The position numbers and the translations under genes are program-made. From contig JBJBDL010000003.1 in NCBI GenBank assembly GCA_047285305.1, forward strand, positions 1,664,001-1,728,000: a DNA stretch of 64,000 nucleotides, read 5' to 3'. The DNA is from Synechococcus sp. Its GTDB lineage: Bacteria > Cyanobacteriota > Cyanobacteriia > PCC-6307 > Cyanobiaceae. The notes under the pieces were generated by a model. The model was given only the letters and a program-made list of their open reading frames with translations, was not told the origin of the DNA and ran no database searches. Shown here in pieces: positions 38,700-48,367 of this stretch; within the stretch, counting starts at the first letter, position 1; each line of letters begins with the position of its first letter.

Positions 38700-39409
38700 T
38701 GGAACGCTGGGCCCTAGTGAGTGGTCTCCAAGGAGACCTGGATCTTTACGAACAGATTCAGAAGGAGTTGAAGCAACAACGGGGTGTTGCCAATCTCTTC
38801 GTTCTCGGTGATCTGATCGGATCACAACGCAAGTGCGATCCACTGCTCGAGCGTTTGAGGCAGCCGAAACGCTGTGATCTTCAGCCCGACTGCATCTATG
38901 GCTGGTGGGAAGAGCAACTTCTGGCGGAGTGTGGTTACCGCGGCGAACGCAAGGCTGACGGCCTCAGAGCCGAATACGGCGAAGCGGCGGTAGGCAAGCT
39001 TCTTGCTTCGGTGGACGCTGACCATCTCAACTGGCTGGCATCGCTGCAGTTCGGCTTCATCGAACTTGACTGCGCTTTGATTCATGGCAGCTCCGCTGAC
39101 ATCGGCGACCGGCTGACGGAAGACACCTCAGCCCTGGTGCTACTGGATCGGCTGACGCGACTAGATGTGAACCGACTTTTTACGGCGCGGTGTAGGCGTC
39201 AGTTCCGACTGGAGCTTTCCGGTGGGTCCGTCCAATCCCACGTCAAAGACCATGCCGGTGAACAGCAGAGCGAGCAGGCTGTGCCCAAGCGAAGCGTGAT
39301 CGGCATCGGCGGGGGGAGGCAATACACCCTCTACGACCCCGCCACGGATCAGATCGAGTTTCGGATTGCGGGAGAACCCTCCAACGCTTCGGGGCAAGGC
39401 TTTGGCTGA
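38699..39409 (+). CDS. Degenerate metallophosphoesterase-fold protein
   Basis: LGDLIG and IHGS retained, other motifs lost; TGATG coupling. Confidence 0.75.
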   Translation: MERWALVSGLQGDLDLYEQIQKELKQQRGVANLFVLGDLIGSQRKCDPLLERLRQPKRCDLQPDCIYGWWEEQLLAECGYRGERKADGLRAEYGEAAVGKLLASVDADHLNWLASLQFGFIELDCALIHGSSADIGDRLTEDTSALVLLDRLTRLDVNRLFTARCRRQFRLELSGGSVQSHVKDHAGEQQSEQAVPKRSVIGIGGGRQYTLYDPATDQIEFRIAGEPSNASGQGFG

Positions 39410-39478
39410 GAGTCACATTTCTCGAGGCCAATCAAAGCGCAAGGCTCTCCATACGCTCGAACCAAACACAAGCGACGC

Positions 39479-39736
39479 ATGATCGACCACAACCAACAAA
39501 AGCTCACAGCTCGAGAGATGGTGCGAGCCCACGCCTACCCCGTACTGGCTGCCGTCAGTAGTTTCAGCCTGCTCAGCATCGCGGTTCTGCTGATCCCGCA
39601 AGCGGTCAAAACTCATCGCTACAACCGCTGCATCGACGCACAGATCGCCATGCGGGCCAGCATCAATCCCAAGGGAGGCACAGCTGCCGGCAAGATGAAT
39701 TACCTCAAAGCCGTCGAACACTGCGAAGGCTTCTGA
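39479..39736 (+). CDS. Small membrane protein (paralog family B)
   Basis: YPVLA..TM..YNRCI...AVEHCEG. Confidence 0.7.
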   Translation: MIDHNQQKLTAREMVRAHAYPVLAAVSSFSLLSIAVLLIPQAVKTHRYNRCIDAQIAMRASINPKGGTAAGKMNYLKAVEHCEGF

Positions 39737-39740
39737 ACAG

Positions 39741-39962
39741 ATGCGCGCCATTCAACCGTTATCGGCTCTCAGCTTCGGCGTATTGGCCCTTTTGGTGACC
39801 CAATTGCCAGGAATGGCCCACGGCAAGGGTCTCTACGCCACAGAAGCTGAAGCCCAGCAGCGGGCGGCTGAAATCGGTTGCAACAGCGTTCACGAGAACA
39901 AAGGACGCTGGATGCCTTGCGCTAACGAACGAGAGCTGCACCAACAGATGCGCAAGCAATGA
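39741..39962 (+). CDS. DUF3721 domain secreted protein
   Basis: YATEAEAQQRAAEIGCNSVH...WMPC. Confidence 0.8.
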   Translation: MRAIQPLSALSFGVLALLVTQLPGMAHGKGLYATEAEAQQRAAEIGCNSVHENKGRWMPCANERELHQQMRKQ

Positions 39963-40243
39963 AAGGCTCCAGAACAACCAGCCGACAGGCGCGGCGCATC
40001 CATCGCTGGCTGGTGCCGATCGCCGCAGCACCACTGCTGATCACCGCAGGAACCGGCTCCCTCTACAGCCTGCTGCTGGAGCAGAACATTGATGCCTTCT
40101 GGCTGCTCAAGCTGCACACAGGAGAGTTCGGCTGGCTCAATCTTCAGCCCGTGTACCCAATCCTGCTAGGAACTCTCACCATTGTTGTGACCGTGTCTGG
40201 GCTGACGATGCTGTTCAGACCAGCCCGAATGAAAGGAGACTGA
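39959..40243 (+). CDS. PepSY-associated TM protein
   Basis: RRIHRWL...TG...LLKLHTG...SGL. Confidence 0.8.
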   Translation: MKGSRTTSRQARRIHRWLVPIAAAPLLITAGTGSLYSLLLEQNIDAFWLLKLHTGEFGWLNLQPVYPILLGTLTIVVTVSGLTMLFRPARMKGD

Positions 40244-40259
40244 AACCAACCCGACCGCC

Positions 40260-40433
40260 TCACTCCGCGCAAGTGCAGCCGCAGGAGCCACTGCGATGGC
40301 AGGGCTCGTGGTTGGGATGAGCGGTGGCACAAGCCTCTGAACAGAAACTCTGGCCATCGCGAATAACAGCCTGGGACGCTTGCACCTCACAGGTGCAACG
40401 AGGACAGGCACAGGGAGTAGCGGGAGGTATCAC
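40260..40433 (-). CDS. smtA: Bacterial metallothionein
   Basis: CACPRCTC...FCSEACATAH...C...CGC; GTG start. Confidence 0.92.
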   Translation of the reverse strand: MIPPATPCACPRCTCEVQASQAVIRDGQSFCSEACATAHPNHEPCHRSGSCGCTCAE

Positions 40434-40512
40434 AAATAATCGACCCTCTGCTGCATAGATCGAAAAAAGATGACCCCAGAATAAACACACCATTTCCAAA
40501 CACAATTCATGC

Positions 40513-40532
40513 GAAAAGTGATAACACTTCTC
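40513..40532. promoter_or_regulatory. Near-palindromic Fur/Zur-like site upstream of the metallothionein
   Basis: GAAAAGTG-ATAA-CACTTCTC. Confidence 0.35.
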
Positions 40533-41109
40533 ACCACATGCAGAGATTTAGCAGGAAGGAGTAGCGTCCAAGAGAAAGTGGGCAAAAGAGCCAAAAAGAT
40601 AAAGGGCAATAATCACGAGGAAATAGAGCATATGACACAAGCAGGAGCAATCAAATCCACCAAAAATAAACAAAGCAATAGAAGAATTAAAAGAACATCA
40701 ACTCAAAGAGCATGAACTACATAAATCAACTTAGAAACAAGACGCTTCAAGAAATCAATGCATGGTGCTACCAACGCGCTTCCCACCTTTCAATCACTGG
40801 TCACGACAAGGCAGCACAGGCTCTAACAGAGGAGCACATGGAGTTACTCCAAGACGTTAACCCCGAAAATGTACTATGGGTTGAAAATTAACAGACACAG
40901 CGCCTTTATCGCGCCGACGAATTGTGTCATACCTGACCTCAAAGAAAGCAAATATCACAAGAATAGACAAAATCAAGAAGCCAAGTCGTGCTATAAAAGA
41001 CATCAAATTTGCACGGAATCTTGCAATGACTGTTCATACACAGCAAAAAAATTTGCACAAAGAAATTGAGCACATCCTGGTGTAGCAAAAGTAACAAGCC
41101 AACGCGTCA

Positions 41110-41685
41110 ATGAACACTGAGTACCACTATCGAGACAAGGGAGGAAGACCAAATTCACTGAATTCGTCCGAAACAGCACCCCTTGAAAGACCTCAGGCCG
41201 TAGAAGATATAGAAATAACCGTAAAGAGCGGCGTTATAAGGATTGCAGCCAAACAATCCAATAATGCAGAAGAAATAACTTTAGCCTTTGCGTGCAGAGC
41301 AGAGATATTCAAATTCCACTATCCAGTAGGCTTAGAAATTACAATAGAAGCAATAACAGACACAACTTATTTGGTTGAATCAAAAAGCAAAATAGAACCC
41401 GAGGCAACCGATGCAATAATTGATTGGATAATTCAACTACATATCGTGAGACACGAAACAAATATAGAAAAACGACTGATGAAATTCTTTAGATTACTGA
41501 CCACAAAACTAGGGAAAAGAACATCAGAAGGGCTACTATTGGAGCAAATGCTGTCTCATGCACGAATTGCCGAAATCGTTGGATCCACGAGATCAACGGT
41601 ATCAAGGACAATTAGCACTCTAAGGAAGACCCAGCAAATTTATATTGATGAACTAAAGGGACAGATCATTTTACCTGTGGATTGA
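41110..41685 (+). CDS. Crp/Fnr family transcriptional regulator
   Basis: EKRL..F...LSHARIAEIVGSTRSTVSRTISTL HTH; AT-rich. Confidence 0.85.
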   Translation: MNTEYHYRDKGGRPNSLNSSETAPLERPQAVEDIEITVKSGVIRIAAKQSNNAEEITLAFACRAEIFKFHYPVGLEITIEAITDTTYLVESKSKIEPEATDAIIDWIIQLHIVRHETNIEKRLMKFFRLLTTKLGKRTSEGLLLEQMLSHARIAEIVGSTRSTVSRTISTLRKTQQIYIDELKGQIILPVD

Positions 41686-41790
41686 TTAACGACCACAACG
41701 ACACGATCCGCCCTTCCACTTAGAGCACTTTGATTTCTTGCAACCCTTCTTCTTTGTAACTGCAAGTCGGTTTTCGGAAGAATCGGCCAA
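41686..41790 (-). CDS. 34 aa Cys/Lys-rich peptide
   Basis: KKKGCKKSKCSKWKGGSCRCGR; start uncertain. Confidence 0.45.
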   Translation of the reverse strand: MADSSENRLAVTKKKGCKKSKCSKWKGGSCRCGR

Positions 41791-42060
41791 GACCCTAGAG
41801 AAATCTAGTTTGACAATACCGTCCCTGGCGGAAATAGATGCAGGGAAGGGGAGTAACAAAAGACACAAGATCGCGAGTCATCTGATCAGAATCAAATCAG
41901 GCCTAAGGGTGACAAGAGCGCTTGCTTTCATTGAAAAAGAAAGCAAGCCCCGTATCAAATAAACCCTAAGCTGTATAGAAAGCTACTTTCGATTGAAGTA
42001 AACGAGTAACAGGCGACACAACAAAACACCAATATAGGTGCGCCCTTATCGGGCTTTCCT

Positions 42061-42069
42061 GTGTGAGGA
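42061..42069 (+). promoter_or_regulatory. Yfr1 sRNA target motif in the porin 5' UTR
   Basis: GTGTGAGGA is complementary to the Yfr1 ACUCCUCACAC motif and overlaps the RBS. Confidence 0.7.
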
Positions 42070-42074
42070 ATTCA

Positions 42075-43604
42075 ATGAAGCTTTTCCAGCAACTGCTGGT
42101 GGCTCCTGCCGCCCTTGGCCTGATGGCCGCTGGCGCTAATGCTGCCGAGCTGAACATCAACGGCGTTTCTGATTACGCGGCTTCCGCTGATCAGGTCACC
42201 AGCATCACCCAATTCTCCGACGTCTATCCCACCGACTGGGCCTATCAGGCTCTGGCTGGTTTGGTTGAGACCTACGGCTGCGTTGCCGGTTACCCCAACG
42301 GCACCTTCCGTGGCAACCGTGCCATGACCCGCTTCGAAGCGGCTGCACTGCTGAACGCTTGCCTCGACCGCGTCACCGAAGTGACCGACGAGCTGCGTCG
42401 CCTGATGGCTGAGTTCGAAACCGAGCTCGCCATCCTTAAAGGTCGCGTTGACGGCCTCGAGGCCAAGGTTGGCGAACTGGAAGCAACCCAGTTCTCCACC
42501 ACCACCAAGCTCAAAGGACAAGCTGACTTCTTCCTTGGTGCCGTCAGCTATGACGATCGCGATGACTGCAACGCTGCGAAAGCTGGTGCATGCGAAGACG
42601 ATGCGACAACCATGTCGTACCGCTACACCCTCAACCTGAACACAACCTTTACAGGTAAAGATCTGTTGTACACCCGTATTAGGACGGGGAACATGTCCAA
42701 TGTTTGGACAAACGACAACACCTACCTGTCTGATGCCAAATCAGGCACCAATGCGCTGAAAATAGACAAACTTTGGTACACCTTCCCAGTTGGTGAAGAG
42801 TTCAAAGTCACCGTAGGTGCACTTGTAGAGAACTACTACATGGTGGAAACACCAACTCGCTACAAGCCCATCCTCAAAGCAATGAAGCTTGGGGGTTATG
42901 GAATTCTTATGGGTGCAAGTACCGGACAGGGTGCAGGTATCCAATGGCGTCAGAATGTTGCTCCCGGCGAAGCAGCATGGAATGCAGCTGCAAGCTACGT
43001 TGCTGACGGCAACGAAGGTGCTGATTCCAGCTCCAAGAAAGGTATGTTCGGTGAAGACACCGACGGCCTGTTCCTGAGCCAAATTGGTTATGGAAACAGG
43101 AAGTGGTATATCTCAGGCCTTTATGCCCACAAACAGGGCAGTGGTGGATCTGATCCCGCGGAAGGTTACTCAACTCCTGCCGTTAACAAGGATGATGCTG
43201 CTCTGAATGCCTTTGGTGTTCGTGGCTATTGGTCACCTGAGGAAACCGGCATCGTACCGACTATCAGTGCAGGTATTGACTTCGGCTTCAATGACGCAAA
43301 AGCCGATGGTCAAGTTGAGGAAAGTTTCGGCTGGATGGTCGGCCTAAACTGGAAGAACGCTTTCGTTGACGGCAACAAGCTTGGGGTGGGCTTCGGTTCA
43401 TATTCAAGCTACGCAACATCAATGAAAGGTGACAGCAGCCCCGATGACGAGAACTTCGCTTTCGAGGCTTATTACGATTACCAAGTTAGTGACAACGTCA
43501 CGGTAACTCCCGCAGTGTTCTGGGTTCAGGATGCTGATGGAAATGCATCAGTGGATGGATCTGACACACTTGGCGCATTGGTTAAAACCACCTTCAAGTT
43601 CTGA
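42075..43604 (+). CDS. som: SLH-domain outer membrane porin (Som/iron uptake porin family)
   Basis: QFSDVYPTDWAYQAL SLH, QFSTTTKL and C-terminal KTTFKF. Confidence 0.95.
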   Translation: MKLFQQLLVAPAALGLMAAGANAAELNINGVSDYAASADQVTSITQFSDVYPTDWAYQALAGLVETYGCVAGYPNGTFRGNRAMTRFEAAALLNACLDRVTEVTDELRRLMAEFETELAILKGRVDGLEAKVGELEATQFSTTTKLKGQADFFLGAVSYDDRDDCNAAKAGACEDDATTMSYRYTLNLNTTFTGKDLLYTRIRTGNMSNVWTNDNTYLSDAKSGTNALKIDKLWYTFPVGEEFKVTVGALVENYYMVETPTRYKPILKAMKLGGYGILMGASTGQGAGIQWRQNVAPGEAAWNAAASYVADGNEGADSSSKKGMFGEDTDGLFLSQIGYGNRKWYISGLYAHKQGSGGSDPAEGYSTPAVNKDDAALNAFGVRGYWSPEETGIVPTISAGIDFGFNDAKADGQVEESFGWMVGLNWKNAFVDGNKLGVGFGSYSSYATSMKGDSSPDDENFAFEAYYDYQVSDNVTVTPAVFWVQDADGNASVDGSDTLGALVKTTFKF

Positions 43605-43623
43605 TCAACTGCTGGTCAAAACA

Positions 43624-43649
43624 AAAGCGCCCCTCGGGGCGCTTTTTTC
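43624..43649 (+). terminator. Bidirectional intrinsic terminator
   Basis: AAAAGCGCCCC-TC-GGGGCGCTTTTTT. Confidence 0.85.
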
Positions 43650-43696
43650 ATGCATAGAAAAAGGGGGAATTGCCCCCAAGGATAAAAAAGCAATGG

Positions 43697-43936
43697 TTAC
43701 CAGCAGTTCTCGCCTTCCCCAATAGGAACACAGATATCTTCTTGCTCTGCCTTTTTCTTCAAGGCAGCAGCGTCAGAATCCAACACACTTTCCTCATCAA
43801 CACCTTGATCTGTAGTCCATTCCTTAAGGCCACCAGCATCCTGGGCGTGCAGAGCTGGTGCTGATGCGACAAGAAGCGACGTCGCAGCAACAAAAACTGA
43901 GATAGCAGAAGGCTTTGGCATTTGGATGAAGCTCAA
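43697..43936 (-). CDS. Small secreted protein ending CVPIGEGENCW
   Basis: Signal peptide, acidic body, terminal Cys pair. Confidence 0.7.
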   Translation of the reverse strand: MSFIQMPKPSAISVFVAATSLLVASAPALHAQDAGGLKEWTTDQGVDEESVLDSDAAALKKKAEQEDICVPIGEGENCW

Positions 43937-44001
43937 CTAATCCAATTGTAATGAAGATACAGCCACAAAATACCAGCGATGGCCATATCAAAAGCTACAA
44001 A

Positions 44002-44670
44002 TCAGTTCGACAGGCGTCGGACAGCGTTCGTATAGCTTTGAAAGATCAGATCAAGTTCATCCGATCGGCCATGGCGAGCCAATAAACCACGAGCGCCAGC
44101 ATCGATATTGAATAAAATTGAGCGGTCGTCAGGAGACTTGACATAGCTTTCAATCCAGCCGACACATACATAACGAACACCGCTCAAAACGGGTCTAACA
44201 CAATGAAGGGTGGAAGAAGGATAGAGAACAATTTGCCCAGGTGGCAATCGAAATTCCTTCGTTTCCTCACCGCCGGTTTGGATCAATAAAGATCCACCCT
44301 CATAGGTGTCTTCATCACTCAGAAAGCAGGTAAAAGACAAATCACGGCGACCATGGCGGGAAAAAGGATTATCAACATGCCATCCATAAGAATCTCCGAC
44401 ATTGGACCTAGAAACCAACAAACTATGAACCTTCCGAACAAGTGAAAAACTTTTGACCAAGGGGTCACTCGTTAATGCTGTAGTAATGCAGTTACTAATT
44501 GCAATAGTGAGATCAGCATTTGGATCGAGCTGATGATTAGCCTTAACCAATGCAGCCTGATCACCTGCGGTCAGTCGGCCATCTCGCCAGGGCAGATCGG
44601 GAGCACAGAGGCGTTGCTGAAAGTCGCGAACTTCAGGAAGAGGCAAAAGAGAATGCGTCAGGAAGTCCAT
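44002..44670 (-). CDS. piuC: Fe(II)/2-oxoglutarate dioxygenase, PiuC/YbiX type
   Basis: W.DG..TAG, YGWHVDN, DLSFT.FL, YEGG.L, YPSSTLH.V and GWIES. Confidence 0.9.
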   Translation of the reverse strand: MDFLTHSLLPLPEVRDFQQRLCAPDLPWRDGRLTAGDQAALVKANHQLDPNADLTIAISNCITTALTSDPLVKSFSLVRKVHSLLVSRSNVGDSYGWHVDNPFSRHGRRDLSFTCFLSDEDTYEGGSLLIQTGGEETKEFRLPPGQIVLYPSSTLHCVRPVLSGVRYVCVGWIESYVKSPDDRSILFNIDAGARGLLARHGRSDELDLIFQSYTNAVRRLSN

Positions 44671-44785
44671 CGGTCAGGGAATTTCAAGAACAAAAAGCCT
44701 TCACCAAATGCTACAGAATGGAACGTCAAAAGCAGATGACGACAGGAATCACTGGAGTAATATATGGATAATTATATCTTGAAGC

Positions 44786-45790
44786 ATGCGTAGGTTCTTT
44801 GCAGCGCTGGGTATGGTGACAACAATTGCTGTCCTGCCTTCAGTGAAAGCAAAGGAAGTAAGGGTGTACTCAGGCAGGCATTACAACACTGATCGAGCTG
44901 CCTACAAACAATTCAGTGAAGAAACTGGGATCAGAGTAAGACTTATTGAGGCCACTGGGATATCGCTAGTTGAACGTCTAAAGCGAGAGGGAGAAAATTC
45001 AAAGGCCGATGTGATTCTGTTGGTTGATGCAGCGAGAATTAACAATGCTGCAGAAGCTGGTCTACTGCAGCCCGTGTCTTCGCAGGAACTCCAGTCGAAT
45101 GTTCCTTCACGCTATCGGGATCCATCAAATCGATGGTTTGGTTTCACGAGGCGAGTAAGATCGATCATTATAAATCCCAATATCGTTAATCCAAATACGA
45201 TTAAGACCTATTCCGATCTTGCAAATCCAGTTCTTAAAGGAAAACTCTGTCTGCGCAAAAGGAAAAACGTCTACAACCAGTCACTTGTAGCCGACCAAAT
45301 CATAGTGAATGGTCAAACTGCTGCTTCCGCTTGGGTTGAAGGGATGGTCGATAATGTAAGCCAGCCATATTTCGGTGGTGATGTATCACTGATTCGTGCA
45401 GTTGGACAAGGCAAATGTGGGGTTGGCCTTGTCAATCATTATTATCTAGCACGAATGCAGGCAGGTGCAAGCGGAAAGAACGATCAGAAAGTAACATCGA
45501 ACATTAAATTAGTTATGCCAAATCCAGCCCATGTGAACATAAGTGCCGCAGGAGTCGCAAAGTCGGCCAAAAATAAAACAGAGGCGATCCAATTTATTGA
45601 GTTCATTTCGTCACCAAAAGGTAGTCTACTCATTGCAGGACCAACCTTCGAATATCCACTGAAAAATCTTGGTACATCGAAAGAATTAAAAGCATTTGGA
45701 AAATTTACCCCAGACAATGTTTCTATTAGTGCTTTAGGCACAACTCAGAAAACCGCAATCAAAGTGATGGCAGATGCTGGCTGGCGTTGA
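44786..45790 (+). CDS. idiA: Fe(III) ABC transporter binding protein IdiA/FutA
   Basis: VYSGRHY, YNQSL, VNHYYLAR and NISAAGV. Confidence 0.92.
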   Translation: MRRFFAALGMVTTIAVLPSVKAKEVRVYSGRHYNTDRAAYKQFSEETGIRVRLIEATGISLVERLKREGENSKADVILLVDAARINNAAEAGLLQPVSSQELQSNVPSRYRDPSNRWFGFTRRVRSIIINPNIVNPNTIKTYSDLANPVLKGKLCLRKRKNVYNQSLVADQIIVNGQTAASAWVEGMVDNVSQPYFGGDVSLIRAVGQGKCGVGLVNHYYLARMQAGASGKNDQKVTSNIKLVMPNPAHVNISAAGVAKSAKNKTEAIQFIEFISSPKGSLLIAGPTFEYPLKNLGTSKELKAFGKFTPDNVSISALGTTQKTAIKVMADAGWR

Positions 45791-45839
45791 ACCAAAGAAC
45801 TCAACAATCGACTGAAAAAATTAAAGATTTCGGATGCTT

Positions 45840-45858
45840 TTGATAATGACTCTCATTT
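45840..45858 (+). promoter_or_regulatory. Fur-like box upstream of ferritin
   Basis: TTGATAATGACTCTCATTT. Confidence 0.65.
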
Positions 45859-45934
45859 AACTTGGTGCAAATAACACACCTTGCGAGCAATTCGACTTGC
45901 ATGTGCGTATCATTTGGACATCAACAAGTAAAAA

Positions 45935-46519
45935 ATGCTGAGCACAAACAATTCGATCTCCGCTTCATCTATCGCTTGCGGACCATCAGGTCGTGCAATT
46001 GCAGAAGCGATTGACTCTGATCTTCTAAGCGCGATCCAAGCCCACCTCAACATGGAGAGGCAAGCCCATGCCTCTTATTTCGCTGCAGCAATCTGGTTTG
46101 CCGAACGAGAGTTGAGGGGATTTTCCCGATTCTTCCGAGACGAATCCAACAGCGAGCATGAGCATGCTGCAAAATTCGCGGAATACATCATTGCTCGAGG
46201 GCAAAGCGTTGCACTACAAGTGGTCGATGCTCCCTTGCAGAACTGGGCATCCCCTGCAGATGTGATGGCAACCGCATTTCAAATGGAGGTTGACGTCACA
46301 GCTTCGTTGCAACAGCTGTATTCAATGGCAGAGAGAGTGAGCGATACGCGTACCACGGTGTTTCTCGACCCGATGGTGGAAATGCAAACCCAGTCAGAAC
46401 ACGAATTTGCGCACCTTCTTGGACGGGTGAAGTTTGCAGATAATCAAGCAGCGGCTTTATTGCTCATCGACAACGAGCTAGACCAAGGAAATAACAAACC
46501 TGCATCTCTTCAGGGTTAA
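45935..46519 (+). CDS. ftn: Ferritin
   Basis: ER.A...Y, E.EHA.KF, E..VT..L, FL..MV..Q..SE ferroxidase pattern. Confidence 0.92.
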   Translation: MLSTNNSISASSIACGPSGRAIAEAIDSDLLSAIQAHLNMERQAHASYFAAAIWFAERELRGFSRFFRDESNSEHEHAAKFAEYIIARGQSVALQVVDAPLQNWASPADVMATAFQMEVDVTASLQQLYSMAERVSDTRTTVFLDPMVEMQTQSEHEFAHLLGRVKFADNQAAALLLIDNELDQGNNKPASLQG

Positions 46520-46566
46520 TTAACTCGCGACAAGAACGTTGATTAACACATATCAACATTCTGATG

Positions 46567-46770
46567 TCACATATTTAGCCCTTGTGGGTCGATTACGAAA
46601 CATTTTATATCCCGCATTAACGATTTCGGCGACACTTCCAAGTATTCAGAAATAAGCCGATGCGACCAGCCTTGGCTTCTTAATGCCATTGCAATCTTCA
46701 GTCGTTTTTTACGCCAACCATTCGGTGATCCTAAATAGTGTGAAACTCTTGAGGGTAAGTTTGAATTCAT
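46567..46770 (-). CDS. Small HTH protein
   Basis: LRSQGWSHRLISEYLEVSPKSL. Confidence 0.55.
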   Translation of the reverse strand: MNSNLPSRVSHYLGSPNGWRKKRLKIAMALRSQGWSHRLISEYLEVSPKSLMRDIKCFVIDPQGLNM

Positions 46771-46975
46771 GGCATAAGCCCTTACTTTGAGGGGAAATAT
46801 AAATTACAGCACGCAGGTCAGTTCAACAACAATTGAATGTTGCCAGCTAACATTATATAAGCAAGACTGGTAAATAGCTAACATCAATCTGGAACGTATC
46901 CAATGATGCGCAAGCGAGATACATATACGAGCAGAGGAGACTAATTGAAGTTATTGTATGATTTTAATTGGAGTG

Positions 46976-47269
46976 ATGACCTCATTCAAGGTCGAATTAA
47001 GAATGCCGGATGGAGTCAAACACTTCGAATGTCCTGATGATGAATACGTTCTAGAGGCAGCAGAGCAGGCTGGAATTGATATGAGTTATTCATGCAGAGC
47101 TGGAGCATGCAGCACTTGTGTAGGGAAGATCATCGAAGGAACAGTTGATCAATCTGATCAAAGTTTTCTCGATGATGAACAAATGGAAGACGGCTACTCA
47201 CTTCTATGCGTAGCTTATGCAACATCGAATTTGATCGTAAAGACAGACTGCGAAGAAGAGCTCTGGTGA
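46976..47269 (+). CDS. petF: Plant-type [2Fe-2S] ferredoxin
   Basis: [21 protein letters not shown] and LLCVAY. Confidence 0.95.
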   Translation: MTSFKVELRMPDGVKHFECPDDEYVLEAAEQAGIDMSYSCRAGACSTCVGKIIEGTVDQSDQSFLDDEQMEDGYSLLCVAYATSNLIVKTDCEEELW

Positions 47270-47298
47270 GAATAGTAAAAGGAAAGAAACGTCTTAAA

Positions 47299-47508
47299 AT
47301 GAAAGCGCAAAGAGGAAGAAAAATTAATTTGGTTGATCAGTATCTAAATGCGTCCTGTTTCAACAAAATAAGCGACAGAACCTATCAGAACATGCTGAGT
47401 TACGAGTCAAAGGCCGATCCAATCGAAAAAAAATTGATTAAAAGGATCAAAGAACAAGTAAGGCACGGAAAGGTTGTGCTTTCTTCTGAATCAAAGGTGA
47501 AAGCTTGA
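47299..47508 (+). CDS. Small hypothetical protein
   Basis: 69 aa between petF and the hydrolase. Confidence 0.6.
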   Translation: MKAQRGRKINLVDQYLNASCFNKISDRTYQNMLSYESKADPIEKKLIKRIKEQVRHGKVVLSSESKVKA

Positions 47509-47599
47509 TCAGCCTGGATGTGATAAAGAATACAGCCAGTCGTCTTCTCTGAGAGAAAACATACTCAAAAGCATCAGAAAATAAGAAAAATAAAATCAG

Positions 47600-48367
47600 A
47601 TGAGCACCAGTCAGATACTTTGGATTGATCTCCAGCCATCACTGTATTGCCTTTTCAAGCGAACAGCGCAAAGCTTGGGTCAACATTTTGAAGTCAAAAG
47701 ATGGTCATTCGAACATGATCTTGATGAATCATGTGATGTTGAAGTCGTCCACAGCCTAATGAGGCACACGATAGAAAACTCTTCAAATCCAGTTCATCTT
47801 ATAGGCCACGGTATAAGCGGTACAATTGCATATTTATTTGCTCAAAAATATCCCAACAACATATCATCAGTTTCCGTGCTATCAGTAGATACTCACTCGA
47901 CAAATCAATGGACTAGTCATTATCAAAGTATGCGGAGACAATTACCCTGCTCAAGATTTCATATTTTAAGCCATCTAAGCCGACTATTGGTCGATAGAAA
48001 AACTGAAAAAGTGGTCAATATTATGGCGCGACTGTTAGCAAAATGTTTGGATAATGATTTAGTTTATGGATCTATTGTCAATAGCCAACCAATCACGAAT
48101 CTAAACAAAGCTGAGGTTCCAATACTGGTGATTAATGGTGAAAAAGACTTTGTTATTGATGAGCAGAGTGATATCAGATGGAGACACTGCCTAAAACCTG
48201 GAGACTGCTACCAAAAAATTTCTAACGGACGCCATTTCTTCCCATTTACAGAGTGGCGTCAAACTGCAAAAATGATCGAATCATTTGTCAGGATGGTACC
48301 TGAGCAACATCAGAACCAAGTCCCTAATAGCTGCAAAAATCTGAGTATTAGTAAAACCAACTCGTGA
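47600..48367 (+). CDS. Alpha/beta hydrolase (IsiC-like)
   Basis: HLIGHGISG, PILVINGEKD and GRHF; iron-island context. Confidence 0.8.
   Translation: MSTSQILWIDLQPSLYCLFKRTAQSLGQHFEVKRWSFEHDLDESCDVEVVHSLMRHTIENSSNPVHLIGHGISGTIAYLFAQKYPNNISSVSVLSVDTHSTNQWTSHYQSMRRQLPCSRFHILSHLSRLLVDRKTEKVVNIMARLLAKCLDNDLVYGSIVNSQPITNLNKAEVPILVINGEKDFVIDEQSDIRWRHCLKPGDCYQKISNGRHFFPFTEWRQTAKMIESFVRMVPEQHQNQVPNSCKNLSISKTNS

Noticed and set aside
40509..41069. ORFs 40509-40715 and 40869-41069
   Set aside because: AT-rich with no recognisable motifs; probably decayed or non-coding DNA
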